64,000 bases of DNA. It comes from Sulfurovum sp. (lineage in GTDB: Bacteria > Campylobacterota > Campylobacteria > Campylobacterales > Sulfurovaceae). The notes under the pieces are model-generated. The model worked only from the letters and a program-made list of their open reading frames with translations. It did no database searches and had not been told where the DNA came from. The DNA lies in the NCBI GenBank assembly GCA_028696055.1, contig JAQVHV010000001.1:11001-75000 (forward strand), written 5' to 3'. Shown here one piece after another: positions 31,674 to 42,515 of the stretch (positions within the stretch are counted from its first letter, which is position 1; each line of letters starts with the position of its first letter). The translations under genes and the position numbers were made by a program.

Positions 31674-32561
31674 ATGGCGATGCTTGGAGCGCAAAACAGT
31701 ACCCGTTATCTGGTCGGTATGATCGTTGCGATGCTGCTGTGGGGGATGGCATGGACGGCGGGCAAGATGGCTGCGGCACATGCGACTCCCCAGGTGGCTG
31801 GTTTTTGGCGTTATGCCATCTCTTTTTTAAGCATCCTTCCTGTGCTCTGGATGATGAAGACCCCCCTGAAAACAGATGCCAAAGGTATATTCTATATGGT
31901 TGCAGCGGGGCTTCTGACCGCTGCGTTCAACTATCTCTTCTTCGCCGGCCTTGTGCATGGGGAGGCAGGATACGGGGGAACGATGGTGACCGCACTCTCT
32001 CCGATCGTCACCTATATGATCTCCATTGCTTTTTTGGGAATAACAGTCACCTTTTGGCAGATTAGCGCGCTTGCCATAGGGGTAGCGGGTGCACTGATAC
32101 TACTCAGGGTTCCTTTTGAGGGTCTGGGGTTTTTAAACGCGGAGAGCATCTACTTTTTGGGATGTGCTGTCGTCTGGGCTGTGGTCACGATCTTTGCACA
32201 AAAGGCATCCGGAAGAGTCCACCCCATGTTCTATACGACGGTCGTCTTCGGCGTGGCGGGATTGACCAATATGCTTGTGGCACTTCCTTATCACCCCTTT
32301 GATTTTAGTGCATATGACCGCCTCTTTTGGTGGACGATCTTTTTTATCGGGGTCTTGCCTGGAACATTCAGTACGGCGCTCTACTTTATCTCGGCAGGGA
32401 AGATCGGTGCGCATCATACCGGTGCTTTTATGTTCATTGTGCCGATAGGTGCTATCGTGTCAAGTTGGATCGTTTACGATGAAAAGCTTGCAGTGTCAAC
32501 GATAGCAGGTTGTCTGCTCGCATTTGCGGCGGTGCTGCTCTTCACTGTCAAAAGAGGATAA
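31674..32561 (+). CDS. DMT (EamA) family transporter
   Basis: About 10 TM, LLWG..W, two EamA-like repeats; start uncertain. Confidence 0.85.
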   Translation: MAMLGAQNSTRYLVGMIVAMLLWGMAWTAGKMAAAHATPQVAGFWRYAISFLSILPVLWMMKTPLKTDAKGIFYMVAAGLLTAAFNYLFFAGLVHGEAGYGGTMVTALSPIVTYMISIAFLGITVTFWQISALAIGVAGALILLRVPFEGLGFLNAESIYFLGCAVVWAVVTIFAQKASGRVHPMFYTTVVFGVAGLTNMLVALPYHPFDFSAYDRLFWWTIFFIGVLPGTFSTALYFISAGKIGAHHTGAFMFIVPIGAIVSSWIVYDEKLAVSTIAGCLLAFAAVLLFTVKRG

Positions 32562-32652
32562 AACAGCATTACATTTCGAGGGTTTATCTGTTTGAATGAT
32601 ATAATATCTTTTATTTTACATTTGAGTTAAAAAATTTTACAAAAAGAAAAGA

Positions 32653-33369
32653 ATGATGAGACTGGATAAATACCTCGTTGAGGAGTGTTACTTTGAGAGC
32701 CGAAACCGTGCTCTGGATGCGATCAAAGCGGGTAAAGTGACGGTAGACGGAAAGAAGGCTAAGGCATCACAGAAGATCACGCCGGATACACAGGTGGAAG
32801 TTGAAGATGCAAAGTTCTATGTGAGCCGTGCTGCACGTAAACTGGAGAGCTTCCTGCAAGACTATCCAATGGAGTTAAAAGGGAAGAGGGCACTGGATAT
32901 CGGTTCCAGTACGGGCGGTTTTGCCCAGATTTTACTGGAGAATGGTGTAGGATCACTGACCTGTGTGGATGTGGGAAGCAACCAGTTGCATATTTCACTG
33001 AGGGAGGATGAGAGACTCTCCCTGTTTGAAGAGACCGATATCCGTGATTTTACAGATGAAAAGGGATTTGAGGTGGTCACCTGCGATGTCTCTTTTATCT
33101 CTGTTCTGCAGATCATCGATGATATCGACAGGTTGAGTACGAAAGATATCATTATCCTCTACAAACCGCAGTTTGAAGTAGGACGTGAGGTAAAGAGAGA
33201 CAGCAAAGGCGTGGTGCAGGACAGTGATGCGATCCGCAAGCGAAAAGAGAAGTTTGAAGCGCACGCCAATCGTCTGGGATGGGAACTGAAGTATCAGAGT
33301 GCTTCATCGGTAGCAGGCAAGTCAGGGAATCAAGAGTACCTGTTTCACTTCGTAAAAAGTAAAAAGTAG
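32653..33369 (+). CDS. tlyA: TlyA family rRNA methyltransferase
   Basis: MRLD S4 domain, YVSR...KL, LDIGSSTGGF, DVSFIS, KPQFE. Confidence 0.93.
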   Translation: MMRLDKYLVEECYFESRNRALDAIKAGKVTVDGKKAKASQKITPDTQVEVEDAKFYVSRAARKLESFLQDYPMELKGKRALDIGSSTGGFAQILLENGVGSLTCVDVGSNQLHISLREDERLSLFEETDIRDFTDEKGFEVVTCDVSFISVLQIIDDIDRLSTKDIIILYKPQFEVGREVKRDSKGVVQDSDAIRKRKEKFEAHANRLGWELKYQSASSVAGKSGNQEYLFHFVKSKK

Positions 33370-33380
33370 AAAGTATAAAT

Positions 33381-34187
33381 TTGAAATTACTCAATAAGAT
33401 TAAAAGCATTGCGATCGGTTCTTTTGACGGGATTCATCTTGGTCATCAGGCGCTGGTCGCACAGGCAGATGCGATCGTGATCATCGAGAGAAACAGCGGC
33501 TATCTGACTCCGGGATATAAGCGCAGCTGCTATACCGATAAGATCTGCTGTTTTTACCATTTTGAGAAGATCAAGGGGTTGTCCCCGGAAGCGTTTGTGG
33601 CAAGATTGCAGGAGGATTTCCCTCTTCTTGAAAGGATCATTGTGGGGTATGACTTTCATTTCGGAAGAGAAAAAAGAGGGAATGCCGCACTGCTTCAAAC
33701 GCTTTTTGACGGAGAGGTAACGATAGTGGAGCAGGTTTGTCATGAGGGGATACCTGTCCACTCCCGTACGATCAAGGCGTACCTCAGGGAGGGAAGGGTG
33801 AAGATGGCCAATGCACTGCTGGGAAGAAGTTATCAGATAGCGGGGGAAGTGATACCGGGGCAGGGGCTTGGAAAAAAATCTTTTGTCCCTACGCTCAATC
33901 TTGCCGTCTCCCATTACCAGCTGCCCCTTGAAGGGGTCTATGCCACACGTACCAGGCTGGGAGATAGATGGTATGATTCGGTAAGCTTTGTAGGAAACCG
34001 CGTCACTACGGATGGCAACTTTGCCGTTGAGACACATATCCTTGAGCAGGAGATCGATGAATTTCACAGCAGTGTATCGCTTCTTTTTGTGGATCTTATC
34101 CGTATTAACAAAAGGTTTGAGAGCTTTGAGGCCCTGAAGCGACAGATTGAAGCGGATATTCAAAAAGCAAAAGAACTGTTGGGATGA
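33381..34187 (+). CDS. ribF: Bifunctional riboflavin kinase/FAD synthetase
   Basis: IGSFDGIHLGHQ, VGYDFHFG, G.G.G....PTLN, ETHIL. Confidence 0.93.
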   Translation: MKLLNKIKSIAIGSFDGIHLGHQALVAQADAIVIIERNSGYLTPGYKRSCYTDKICCFYHFEKIKGLSPEAFVARLQEDFPLLERIIVGYDFHFGREKRGNAALLQTLFDGEVTIVEQVCHEGIPVHSRTIKAYLREGRVKMANALLGRSYQIAGEVIPGQGLGKKSFVPTLNLAVSHYQLPLEGVYATRTRLGDRWYDSVSFVGNRVTTDGNFAVETHILEQEIDEFHSSVSLLFVDLIRINKRFESFEALKRQIEADIQKAKELLG

Positions 34188-34951
34188 AACAACTCTTTTT
34201 TACTCTTCTTGCCTCTTTGGGGATGGTTTATATGGTTGGCGGTCTATTGCTTTATATCTTTCAAAGCAGTTTTATCTACTATCCGACTCCGGTGGTGAAA
34301 CACCCATTCCCTGAAAAAACCTTTATCAATGAGGGTGAAACGATCAGGGTGATCACCCTGAATGAGGGAAAGCCGAAGGCTATGATCTACTTTGGCGGCA
34401 ACGGTGAGTCCGTAGCCTATAGCGCTGAAGATTTTTATGAAAACTTTCCCGGGTATACCGTCTATCTGGTCAACTACAGGGGGTACGGCGGAAGCAGCGG
34501 TAGACCGACACAGGCAGGATTGTTCAGCGATGCGTTGGCTATCTATGACAAGCTCAAAAAGGATCATCAGCAGATCATCGCTATCGGACGGAGTTTGGGC
34601 TCAGGGGTTGCAGTCTATCTTGCCTCACAAAGAGAGGTAGAAAAGCTTGTGTTGATCACCCCTTTTGAGAGTCTCCAGAGTGTTGCCCAGGAAATCTATC
34701 CGATCTTTCCCATGTCACTTATTTTGAAAGAGAGCTATCGCAGTATAGAGTATGCGAAAAAGGTCAGTGCAAAGAAGACATTGATGCTCATTGCTGAGGA
34801 TGATAAGATCATACCGCCGCATCATGCCTATAGGCTTGCCAAGGCATTTGCTCACAAGGAATTTACGATTGAAGAGATAGTAGGGAAAGGGCATAATACC
34901 ATCTCCTATGATCAAAGATATTACCCCCTTTTAAAAGCGTTTATCGACTGA
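34184..34951 (+). CDS. Alpha/beta hydrolase (membrane-anchored)
   Basis: YFGGNGE, NYRGYG.S.G, GRSLGSG nucleophile elbow, D..IP, GHN. Confidence 0.88.
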   Translation: MKQLFFTLLASLGMVYMVGGLLLYIFQSSFIYYPTPVVKHPFPEKTFINEGETIRVITLNEGKPKAMIYFGGNGESVAYSAEDFYENFPGYTVYLVNYRGYGGSSGRPTQAGLFSDALAIYDKLKKDHQQIIAIGRSLGSGVAVYLASQREVEKLVLITPFESLQSVAQEIYPIFPMSLILKESYRSIEYAKKVSAKKTLMLIAEDDKIIPPHHAYRLAKAFAHKEFTIEEIVGKGHNTISYDQRYYPLLKAFID

Positions 34952-35028
34952 AATTTTTCGTAAAGGTTTTTTTAGGAGTGCCCATTATTGAACGTTTCTT
35001 TGAAGAATGCCTCTTTGTGAAGGGGATT

Positions 35029-35105
35029 GTCATTCCGGACTCGTACCACAAGGGCATTTCCTGCAGGTATCCTGAATCTGTTATGCCGGACTCTGATCCT
35101 GTATA
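35029..35105. repeat. Degenerate GTCAT-type REP-like palindromic elements
   Basis: GTCATTCCGGACTC...TCCTGAATCT followed by GTTATGCCGGACTCTGATCCTGTAT. Confidence 0.4.
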
Positions 35106-35286
35106 GGGATGAGGAGAGCAATTGATCGGAGGGGTCACTCCTGGTTGGATATCCTTGATATCAATAAAAAAATATAGATGATCTCAATGAATGGGAATAG
35201 AGGTGAAAGTTTTCTTGAAACGGCTGCTTCCGGTACGATTGGGTATAATATCATAAAAGATAAAAAGAGAGCAAAGAACAAATAGA

Positions 35287-35994
35287 ATGAAAGATAAAGT
35301 CTTTGAGAAACCGATCGAGAAGAAGTTTGAATTTGATGAAGCCGTCGCTTCTGTTTTTGATGATATGCTCAGCCGTTCAGTTCCTTTTTATGATGAGGTA
35401 CGCAAGTTGATCGTTTCTGTCATCCTGGCAGAAGAGGGTGAGGGAAAAAGCGTACTGGACCTTGGGTCCTCTACGGCAAAGTTTCTGCTTGATCTTGACA
35501 GCAAACTTACTGCAAAGATGCATCTTAAGGGGATTGACAACTCTCAGGCGATGCTTGACCGTGCAAAGCAGAAGTGCCAGGCATTCGGTGCCGATATCGA
35601 CCTGGAGCTTGCCGACATGCTGACCTACCCCTTCGGCGGAGAGGATATCGTAGTATCCAACTATACCCTTCAGTTTATCCGTCCTATGCAGCGCCCGGAG
35701 CTGGTGAAGAAGATCTGTGAAGGGTTGAATGAAGGGGGGATGTTCATCTTCTCGGAAAAGGTGATCTTTGAAGACAAAAAGCTCGATAAGCAGCTTATTG
35801 ACATCTACTACAGCTATAAAAAAGAGCAGGGATACAGCGAATATGAGATCGCTCAGAAACGTGAAGCACTCGAGAATGTACTGATCCCATTCACGATAGA
35901 AGAGAATATCCAGATGTGTGAAAAAGCGGGCTTCAGACAGATCTCAACCCTCTTTCAGTGGGCAAACTTTGTCACTTTTATAGCAAAAAAATAG
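35287..35994 (+). CDS. cmoA: Carboxy-S-adenosyl-L-methionine synthase
   Basis: [38 protein letters not shown]. Confidence 0.93.
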   Translation: MKDKVFEKPIEKKFEFDEAVASVFDDMLSRSVPFYDEVRKLIVSVILAEEGEGKSVLDLGSSTAKFLLDLDSKLTAKMHLKGIDNSQAMLDRAKQKCQAFGADIDLELADMLTYPFGGEDIVVSNYTLQFIRPMQRPELVKKICEGLNEGGMFIFSEKVIFEDKKLDKQLIDIYYSYKKEQGYSEYEIAQKREALENVLIPFTIEENIQMCEKAGFRQISTLFQWANFVTFIAKK

Positions 35995-36015
35995 ATGTGA
36001 ATAAATCTATTTTTT
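35985..36015 (+). terminator. Intrinsic terminator after cmoA
   Basis: AAAAAATAGAT-loop-ATCTATTTTTT. Confidence 0.55.
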
Positions 36016-36086
36016 AGCACTTCCCTGAAATACGGGTTGCATTATTTAATATGAGTTATTCACAACTTATTCACACAGGTGAATAA
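35996..36086. promoter_or_regulatory. Cluster of four DnaA boxes
   Basis: TTATTCACA at 36056-36064 and 36067-36075 (+), 35996-36004 (-); TTATTCACC at 36078-36086 (-). Confidence 0.7.
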
Positions 36087-36281
36087 CTTAAATGACGATA
36101 AAACAAGATATTTTTTTAGACTTTTTTTGGGAAATGTTACTTTTCTGATTTGATCATCATTTTATCATTTTGAACACTTCTCTTTCTCTCATAAATTACC
36201 TTGCAAAAGGGCCTTTTTTCACTCTAAGGTTTTTGGAGGCGGGTATAAGCTATAATCATCCAATTTAATTTACAAGGAACG

Positions 36282-37622
36282 ATGATGAGTTGGACACCGA
36301 GTAGCTGGAGAGAATTTCCTATCAAGCAACAACCAACCTATACAGACCAGGAGGCCCTTAAAGCCGTAGAAAAAGAGCTGAGTTCTTATCCTCCTCTTAT
36401 CTTTGCAGGAGAAGCAAGAAATCTTAAAGAGAAACTAGCTGCAGCAGGAAGAGGAGAGGCTTTTTTGCTCCAGGGCGGGGATTGTGCCGAAAGCTTCTCG
36501 GACTTTAATGCTCAAAGTATCAAGAACCTTTTCAGGCTTATGCTTCAGATGAACATGGTATTGATGTATTCAACCGGCAAACCTATCGTGAAAGTGGGGC
36601 GTATCGCAGGGCAGTTTGCAAAGCCGAGAAGTGCTGATTTTGAAGAGATCGATGGAGTCAAGCTCCCCTCTTACCGCGGAGATGTCATCAACAGTATCGA
36701 ATTTACCGAAGAGGCCAGAGCTCCAAAGCCTGAAAATATGATCAGGGCCTATAACCAGTCTGCAGCGACACTCAACCTTCTCAGGGCATTTTCCAGAGGG
36801 GGAATGGCTGATCTGAAGAAAGTGCACCAGTGGAACCTTGACTTTATCAAAGACAATCCGCTTGGGCAGAAGTATAATGAGCTCAGTAACAAGATCGACA
36901 GTGCGATGAAGTTTATGTCCGCCTGTGGTCTGACAAGCGATATCATGCCGCAGCTTCAGCAGACAACGGTCTATACCTCCCATGAAGCGTTGCTTCTTAA
37001 CTATGAAGAGGCATTGACAAGACTTGACAGTGAAACGGGCGAGTATTATGACTGTTCGGCACATATGCTCTGGATCGGTGATCGGACCAGAGGTCTTGAT
37101 GAGGCACATATAGAGTACTTCAGAGGGATTGCGAATCCTATCGGCTGTAAAGTAGGGCCGTCAATGGGCGAAGATGAGCTTATCGCATTGATCGATGCGC
37201 TCAATCCCGACAACGAAGAGGGAAGGCTGAACCTGATCGTGCGCATGGGTGCGGATAAGATACGTGAGTATTTCCCGAAACTGCTTAAGCGTGTGAAAGA
37301 TGAAAAGCGAAATGTGGTTTGGTCCTGTGATCCGATGCACGGAAACGTGGAGAAGAGTTCGACAGGATTTAAAACCAGGGATTTTGCCAATATTTTGAGC
37401 GAAGTGGAACAGTTTTTTGCGATCCATAAAGAGATGGGAACGGTGGGTGCAGGGATCCACCTTGAGATGACAGGCAATGATGTGACAGAGTGTACGGGAA
37501 GTACCTCCTGTGCGATCACCGCAGAGGGGCTTGCGAGCCGTTATCATACACAGTGCGACCCGAGGCTGAATGCTTCCCAGGCGCTTGAACTGGCGTTTAT
37601 GCTTTCTGACACGATAGAGTAG
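36282..37622 (+). CDS. Class II DAHP synthase
   Basis: [45 protein letters not shown]. Confidence 0.96.
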   Translation: MMSWTPSSWREFPIKQQPTYTDQEALKAVEKELSSYPPLIFAGEARNLKEKLAAAGRGEAFLLQGGDCAESFSDFNAQSIKNLFRLMLQMNMVLMYSTGKPIVKVGRIAGQFAKPRSADFEEIDGVKLPSYRGDVINSIEFTEEARAPKPENMIRAYNQSAATLNLLRAFSRGGMADLKKVHQWNLDFIKDNPLGQKYNELSNKIDSAMKFMSACGLTSDIMPQLQQTTVYTSHEALLLNYEEALTRLDSETGEYYDCSAHMLWIGDRTRGLDEAHIEYFRGIANPIGCKVGPSMGEDELIALIDALNPDNEEGRLNLIVRMGADKIREYFPKLLKRVKDEKRNVVWSCDPMHGNVEKSSTGFKTRDFANILSEVEQFFAIHKEMGTVGAGIHLEMTGNDVTECTGSTSCAITAEGLASRYHTQCDPRLNASQALELAFMLSDTIE

Positions 37623-37631
37623 CATTGTTTT

Positions 37632-37653
37632 TATCCCGGCATAAGCCGGGATA
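37632..37653. terminator. Hairpin between convergent genes
   Basis: TATCCCGGC-ATAA-GCCGGGATA perfect 9-bp stem; no clear U-tract. Confidence 0.45.
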
Positions 37654-37678
37654 GCGTATATGTTTCTTGGGACCAGGG

Positions 37679-38866
37679 TCACTTTTTGACAGTGAAGCGG
37701 TTGATCCCCTCCCTGTGTTCATACTCCAGCCCCATCTTGTGAATATCCAGAATACTTTTTACGATATAGAGCCCCAATCCCAACCCTTTTTTAGAAGTAT
37801 GGAATGGTTTGAAGTAGTTCTCCAGCGGTTCACTCAGCATCTCTCCCCTGTTTTCTATCGTGATACACCCCTTCCCGATAATCACTTTGATATGCTTGTC
37901 GGTACTGTATTTGATCCCGTTATCCAGAAGATTTTTGAGCGTAAGTGTGAAAAGTTCAAAATCGACCTCCAGTTTAAAATCTTCGATGGTTTCGATCGTG
38001 ATGTGCTGTTTGGGATTTTCAAACATCAGAAGATCGATACTCGCCTCGACCAGATCGGAGGCCTTATAGGGCTTGATGGAGAGCTGGAAGTTCTTTGAGG
38101 TGATCTGTTCTATCTTTGCAAACTCGTCGATCAGCAGATTCAGTCTCTCAAAGATACTGTGCATACGGGCTTTGTTCTTCTCATCGGGAAGCATTTCGCT
38201 TATAAGCCTTCCTTTCCCGATAGGTGTCTTAAGCTCATGCATAATGGCACGCAAAAAGAGCTGACGCGACTGCAGCAGCTCCCGGATCATCTCTACGGCA
38301 TGGTCAAACTCATTGGCCACTTCCGCGATCTCATCCTTTTTGTCACTTTTACAGGAGATATTGAGGTTCCCCTGGGAGAAGGTCTTGATCTTGTTTTTGA
38401 GCACCGAGAGGGGCTTCAGGCTGCGTATGATCCATATATAGAGTATCAGGATAAGAACAAATACGATGGAAAAAACAAGGATCCTTTTGAAGGGGAATTG
38501 CATCTTGTTTTTATTTTCCAGGATCAATTGAAAGCGGTCATTGTTGATCAGCAGTACACGTTTCAGCCGGAAAGTATCCACAGCATAACGCTTGTACTCT
38601 CCCTTCTCTTTGAAAAAACTTTCGATCTGGACAAGCATCCCTTTATCTGTGATCAGGGACATATTCTGTGCATCGAGGTAGGCTTCATCGATTTTGCCGG
38701 TCTGCAGATAATAGCTGTAGATATAGTGGACGATCTCCCGTTCCTGTGCCTCTGTCTGCTCCAGATGCTGGCTTTGGTCATATTTGATCGAAGCCATAAA
38801 GAGTGCGGCAAGCAGCACAAAGGTGACGGAAAATACCAGATTGATCTTATTGCGGAGTGAAGTCAT
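37679..38866 (-). CDS. HAMP-domain sensor histidine kinase (ArsS/CprS-like)
   Basis: Two TMs, HAMP, MHELKTP H-box, NLLDNGIKYS, GLGLGLYIV. Confidence 0.92.
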   Translation of the reverse strand: MTSLRNKINLVFSVTFVLLAALFMASIKYDQSQHLEQTEAQEREIVHYIYSYYLQTGKIDEAYLDAQNMSLITDKGMLVQIESFFKEKGEYKRYAVDTFRLKRVLLINNDRFQLILENKNKMQFPFKRILVFSIVFVLILILYIWIIRSLKPLSVLKNKIKTFSQGNLNISCKSDKKDEIAEVANEFDHAVEMIRELLQSRQLFLRAIMHELKTPIGKGRLISEMLPDEKNKARMHSIFERLNLLIDEFAKIEQITSKNFQLSIKPYKASDLVEASIDLLMFENPKQHITIETIEDFKLEVDFELFTLTLKNLLDNGIKYSTDKHIKVIIGKGCITIENRGEMLSEPLENYFKPFHTSKKGLGLGLYIVKSILDIHKMGLEYEHREGINRFTVKK

Positions 38867-39519
38867 CAGACGAGCTTATAGCCGACACCGCGCACGGCCT
38901 GGATACGTTTGGGGTCCCCCAGTTTGGATCGTATCTTTGAGATGATCACATCAAGGCTTTTGCCTTGCGAATCGATACTCATGGTCGCCGAAGCGTTGAT
39001 GATCTGTTCGCGAGACTGGGTAATCCCCTGATGTTTTACAAGCAGGGAGAGGACCTCGAATTCAGCAGGGGTCAGTGAGAGCGCCTGGCCTTGAAAATAG
39101 ATCGTGTCACCCCTGATCTCAAAATCACTTTTTGGAAGGGCATCACCGCTCTCTTTGGTCTTGGAGTAACGTCTCAGCAAAGAGGTGATGCGCGCATACA
39201 TCTCTTTGGGATCATAGGGTTTGGGAAGATAGTCATCTGCACCAAGTGCCAGCGCCTTGACCTTGTCATTGATATCGGAGCGTGCCGAGGAGATAATCAC
39301 GGGGATATCATATTTTCGTACGATCTCCTCACATGCTTCCAGCCCGTCCATTCCGGGAAGTGTCAGATCAAGAATCGCCAGGTCAAACTTTTTTACACCC
39401 GCACTCAGCCCAAGGTAGGGATCTTCATAGTTGGTGACCTTGATATCATACTGAGCCAGATATTCACTGAGAAGCTCTGCAAATTCCGGATCATCTTCTA
39501 TCATCAGGACATTGATCAT
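38866..39519 (-). CDS. OmpR-family response regulator
   Basis: MIEDD, ILDLTLPGMDG, GADDYLPKP, winged HTH ending VRGVGYK. Confidence 0.94.
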   Translation of the reverse strand: MINVLMIEDDPEFAELLSEYLAQYDIKVTNYEDPYLGLSAGVKKFDLAILDLTLPGMDGLEACEEIVRKYDIPVIISSARSDINDKVKALALGADDYLPKPYDPKEMYARITSLLRRYSKTKESGDALPKSDFEIRGDTIYFQGQALSLTPAEFEVLSLLVKHQGITQSREQIINASATMSIDSQGKSLDVIISKIRSKLGDPKRIQAVRGVGYKLV

Positions 39520-39577
39520 CTATACTCCTTTGTTTATTTTATTGTAATCTTTTAAGGTTAATCATAATCAAATACTT

Positions 39578-41572
39578 CTAAGGGCCGGTTTCTGGTACGG
39601 TAGGCAGTTTTATTACGAAGGTTGTACCGTCTTGTGTGTTATAAAATGCCAAAGAACCATTCAGGTGCTGTCTGACAATCACATTGGACATATAGAGCCC
39701 TATCCCGGTGCCGTCCTGCTCCTTGGTGGTAAAATAGGGTTCAAAAATTTTTTCCCGTACCTCGGTAGGGATACCGCCTCCGTTATCCGTGACACTGATA
39801 GCGATATGCTTCCCTGACGCTTTGACATGGATAGTGATTTTGCCATTGGCTGGGGAGTGGCTCTTGATCGCATCTTTTGCATTTTTGATCAGGTTGAGTA
39901 TCACCTGTTTGATCTCATTGGGGTAAGAGAAGATAGGCTTGAGAGGATGTTCAATAGTGATTTCAAGAGAGATATTGTCACTGATAAGCTGGTCACCGAT
40001 AATGGATTTGAGAGAGGAGATCACTTCGACGATATCAGTGATCTCTTTTTCCCTGTTTGGCCGGAAGAATTCTCTAAAGTCATTGATCGTGGTACTGAGA
40101 TGTTCGATATAGGTATTGATATCTTTTAGCTTTGACTCCAGCGTTTCACGGTCGAGTATATTCAGCTGGCTTTTTAGCAAAAGCGAAGAACTCACTGAAG
40201 AGATCGCATTGAGGGGTTGCCTCCACTGGTGGGCAATCATATTGATCATCTCTCCCATCTGGGCCAATTTGGATTGATGCAGCAGGAGTTGGTCCTTTTC
40301 CCTATTTTTTGCCACTTCTTGACGTATGATCGATTCCTGTTTCCGGTTTAGCTCCATCAGCTCTTCGGTAGTCTGTGCGATCAGATGTGAAAGTGCATTG
40401 ACCGTTTGTACCGAATCGTTGTACTCTACAGGTGGGATGACTTTGGGTACGTATGTCCTGATCCCCGCTCTTTCGCTCAAGATCAACAGGGTCAGTGACT
40501 GGTTCAGCAGCCCCGCCTGATTGCAAGAGTGGAAGAACTCCCCGTAGGTAAAAAATCCGCTGACGTTTACTGCATCGAGACTGAGGTTGAGTTCGCTTTT
40601 GAGATGTTCCCCAAGCAGCCTTCTGCGTGCCATACAGGAGTAGATAAAGATCGACTCGGCAGGAAGCATCTGTGTTTTGTTCAGGACCTGCTCTCTGTGG
40701 TAGAGTATATGTTCGGTATTCCCGTACCCGAAGTGGACCTTTTCCCCTTCTTTCAGATTGCCGGCAAAGGAGAGAGAGCCATCGGAATGTTTTTTCACCA
40801 CCGCCCTGGCGGTATCGATGCCGTCCCTTTGGATAATCAGGGGAAACTCTACTCCGGTAGAGGGAAGCTTGTCCCGGATCTCGTCTCCCAGGTACTTGGC
40901 ATAGACTTCGGTGGCATTCATGCCGTCTATGGTATAGACTCGGTTCTTGTCGCATTTGGTAATGGTAAGTGTTTTTCCTATCTTCTGCCATCCGAAACTG
41001 TTGTAGTTGGATACGATAAGATCTTCGCCTAAAAGTATGGCGGAAACGGCACCGCGCGAAGTAATGCCTTTGTCGCAAAATACATATGTCTCTTTAAATT
41101 GTCCATTGTCTCCGGCCAGCCCCCCTGCGATCATTACGTCATGGTTGATGCTCGATAGACCGTTAAGGAACTCTTCTCCATTGGTATGCAGGCCATCTGT
41201 CAGGCAGATGGCCGCTTTGATCTTTTGATGTGAAGGAAACTGACGCGCCAGTGATTGCCCCAGGCTGTAACTGTCGGTTGTGTTCTCGCTGATATAGCTC
41301 TCCGGTAAGGTTCTCTCGAACACAGAAAAGGAGATCAGGGTATCCAGCTGAAGTATCCTGTTATTGTCAATGATCCCGTCACTTGTTGCACCGATAAGCC
41401 TGCCTTGCGGAAGAAGGGCGAGAAGATTTTTTATCAGTGCTGCAATGAATTGCTTGTCGATGATACCTGTAAAAACCTGTATGAGGATATGTTCTTGATG
41501 TGCCAGTCTATGTGCATGGATGAATCTTTCCAGTGCTGTATCGTCCGTATAGGTCAGGTTAAAGGTTTTCAT
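39578..41572 (-). CDS. FIST (NosP-like) domain histidine kinase
   Basis: LIGATSDG, GGLAGDN, YSCMARR, GFFTYGEF, NQSLT FIST motifs; IAHQWRQPL H-box, DNGGGI, GTGIGL. Confidence 0.9.
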   Translation of the reverse strand: MKTFNLTYTDDTALERFIHAHRLAHQEHILIQVFTGIIDKQFIAALIKNLLALLPQGRLIGATSDGIIDNNRILQLDTLISFSVFERTLPESYISENTTDSYSLGQSLARQFPSHQKIKAAICLTDGLHTNGEEFLNGLSSINHDVMIAGGLAGDNGQFKETYVFCDKGITSRGAVSAILLGEDLIVSNYNSFGWQKIGKTLTITKCDKNRVYTIDGMNATEVYAKYLGDEIRDKLPSTGVEFPLIIQRDGIDTARAVVKKHSDGSLSFAGNLKEGEKVHFGYGNTEHILYHREQVLNKTQMLPAESIFIYSCMARRRLLGEHLKSELNLSLDAVNVSGFFTYGEFFHSCNQAGLLNQSLTLLILSERAGIRTYVPKVIPPVEYNDSVQTVNALSHLIAQTTEELMELNRKQESIIRQEVAKNREKDQLLLHQSKLAQMGEMINMIAHQWRQPLNAISSVSSSLLLKSQLNILDRETLESKLKDINTYIEHLSTTINDFREFFRPNREKEITDIVEVISSLKSIIGDQLISDNISLEITIEHPLKPIFSYPNEIKQVILNLIKNAKDAIKSHSPANGKITIHVKASGKHIAISVTDNGGGIPTEVREKIFEPYFTTKEQDGTGIGLYMSNVIVRQHLNGSLAFYNTQDGTTFVIKLPTVPETGP

Positions 41573-41601
41573 GATACTCTTTGGCAGCGCCAGGATAGTG
41601 A

Positions 41602-42345
41602 TTATGGATTTTTGTAAAATGATTCATTGATCTTGTATCCCTGGGTTTTATTGTTGACGATAAAGTTCTCCGGAAGCTTGTTCTTAAATCGTTTGAGTAT
41701 CCCGTGTATGGAGTGGCTGCTGAAATCTTTAAGTGGGTTATCGAAAAAGAGATGGTCAAAAATCTGTTCGATCGAAAAGTATTGCCGCGGGTTATTGAGA
41801 AACAGATCTAGAAGCTTGATCTCGTTATGTGTAAGCATGATCTCCTGATCTGCATTGAAGAATCTTTTGTTTTGAGCATCATAGCGGTAGTTTTCTGCAA
41901 AGAGATACTCTTTTCCCCTGAGTTCATTTTTGAAAATTTTATGAAGCTGGCTAAAGATCTCATCAAGCATTAAGGGTTTTTTGATAAAGCCGTTGACATT
42001 AAGATTGATCAACGGGACAAGGTATTCTTCATTCTGGTAGGCTGAAAGTATGAGTGTCTTTTGTTCCGGGTTGCTCCTGTAGATCGATTCGATCATATGG
42101 ATGCCGTTGATCTGCGGCATCTGGATATCTGTGATAACAAGATCAAAATAGCAGCCGGTATGACGCTCTTCATCGAGATAGAAGCTGAGACCCTCTTTGC
42201 CGTTATCCGCTGTTACTACTTTGCCGAAGATGTCTTCAAAGAGGGGGAGAGAGGCAAGCTGGCTCTCTTTGTGGTCCTCTACGTAGAGTACTTTCAGTGT
42301 TTTGCAATAGGGAATAATCTGCTGTAAGATCGTTCTTTCTGCCAT
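41602..42345 (-). CDS. Response regulator with C-terminal winged HTH
   Basis: LYVED, VITDIQMP, KP, C-terminal ...QGYKI. Confidence 0.88.
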   Translation of the reverse strand: MAERTILQQIIPYCKTLKVLYVEDHKESQLASLPLFEDIFGKVVTADNGKEGLSFYLDEERHTGCYFDLVITDIQMPQINGIHMIESIYRSNPEQKTLILSAYQNEEYLVPLINLNVNGFIKKPLMLDEIFSQLHKIFKNELRGKEYLFAENYRYDAQNKRFFNADQEIMLTHNEIKLLDLFLNNPRQYFSIEQIFDHLFFDNPLKDFSSHSIHGILKRFKNKLPENFIVNNKTQGYKINESFYKNP

Positions 42346-42515
42346 AGTGTGCCTTGTCTATTTGATATAGTAGGTTTTTGTGTGTTGATTTTCTGTATCT
42401 GCTGTTTCTCTGCAGAACAAGCGGAACAACCATTTGGTTATTTTAACATATCTACGAGAATTTTTATAGGGAAACAGCCTTTAGGCCAACAGTACCGGAG
42501 GATACCACCATAGCG

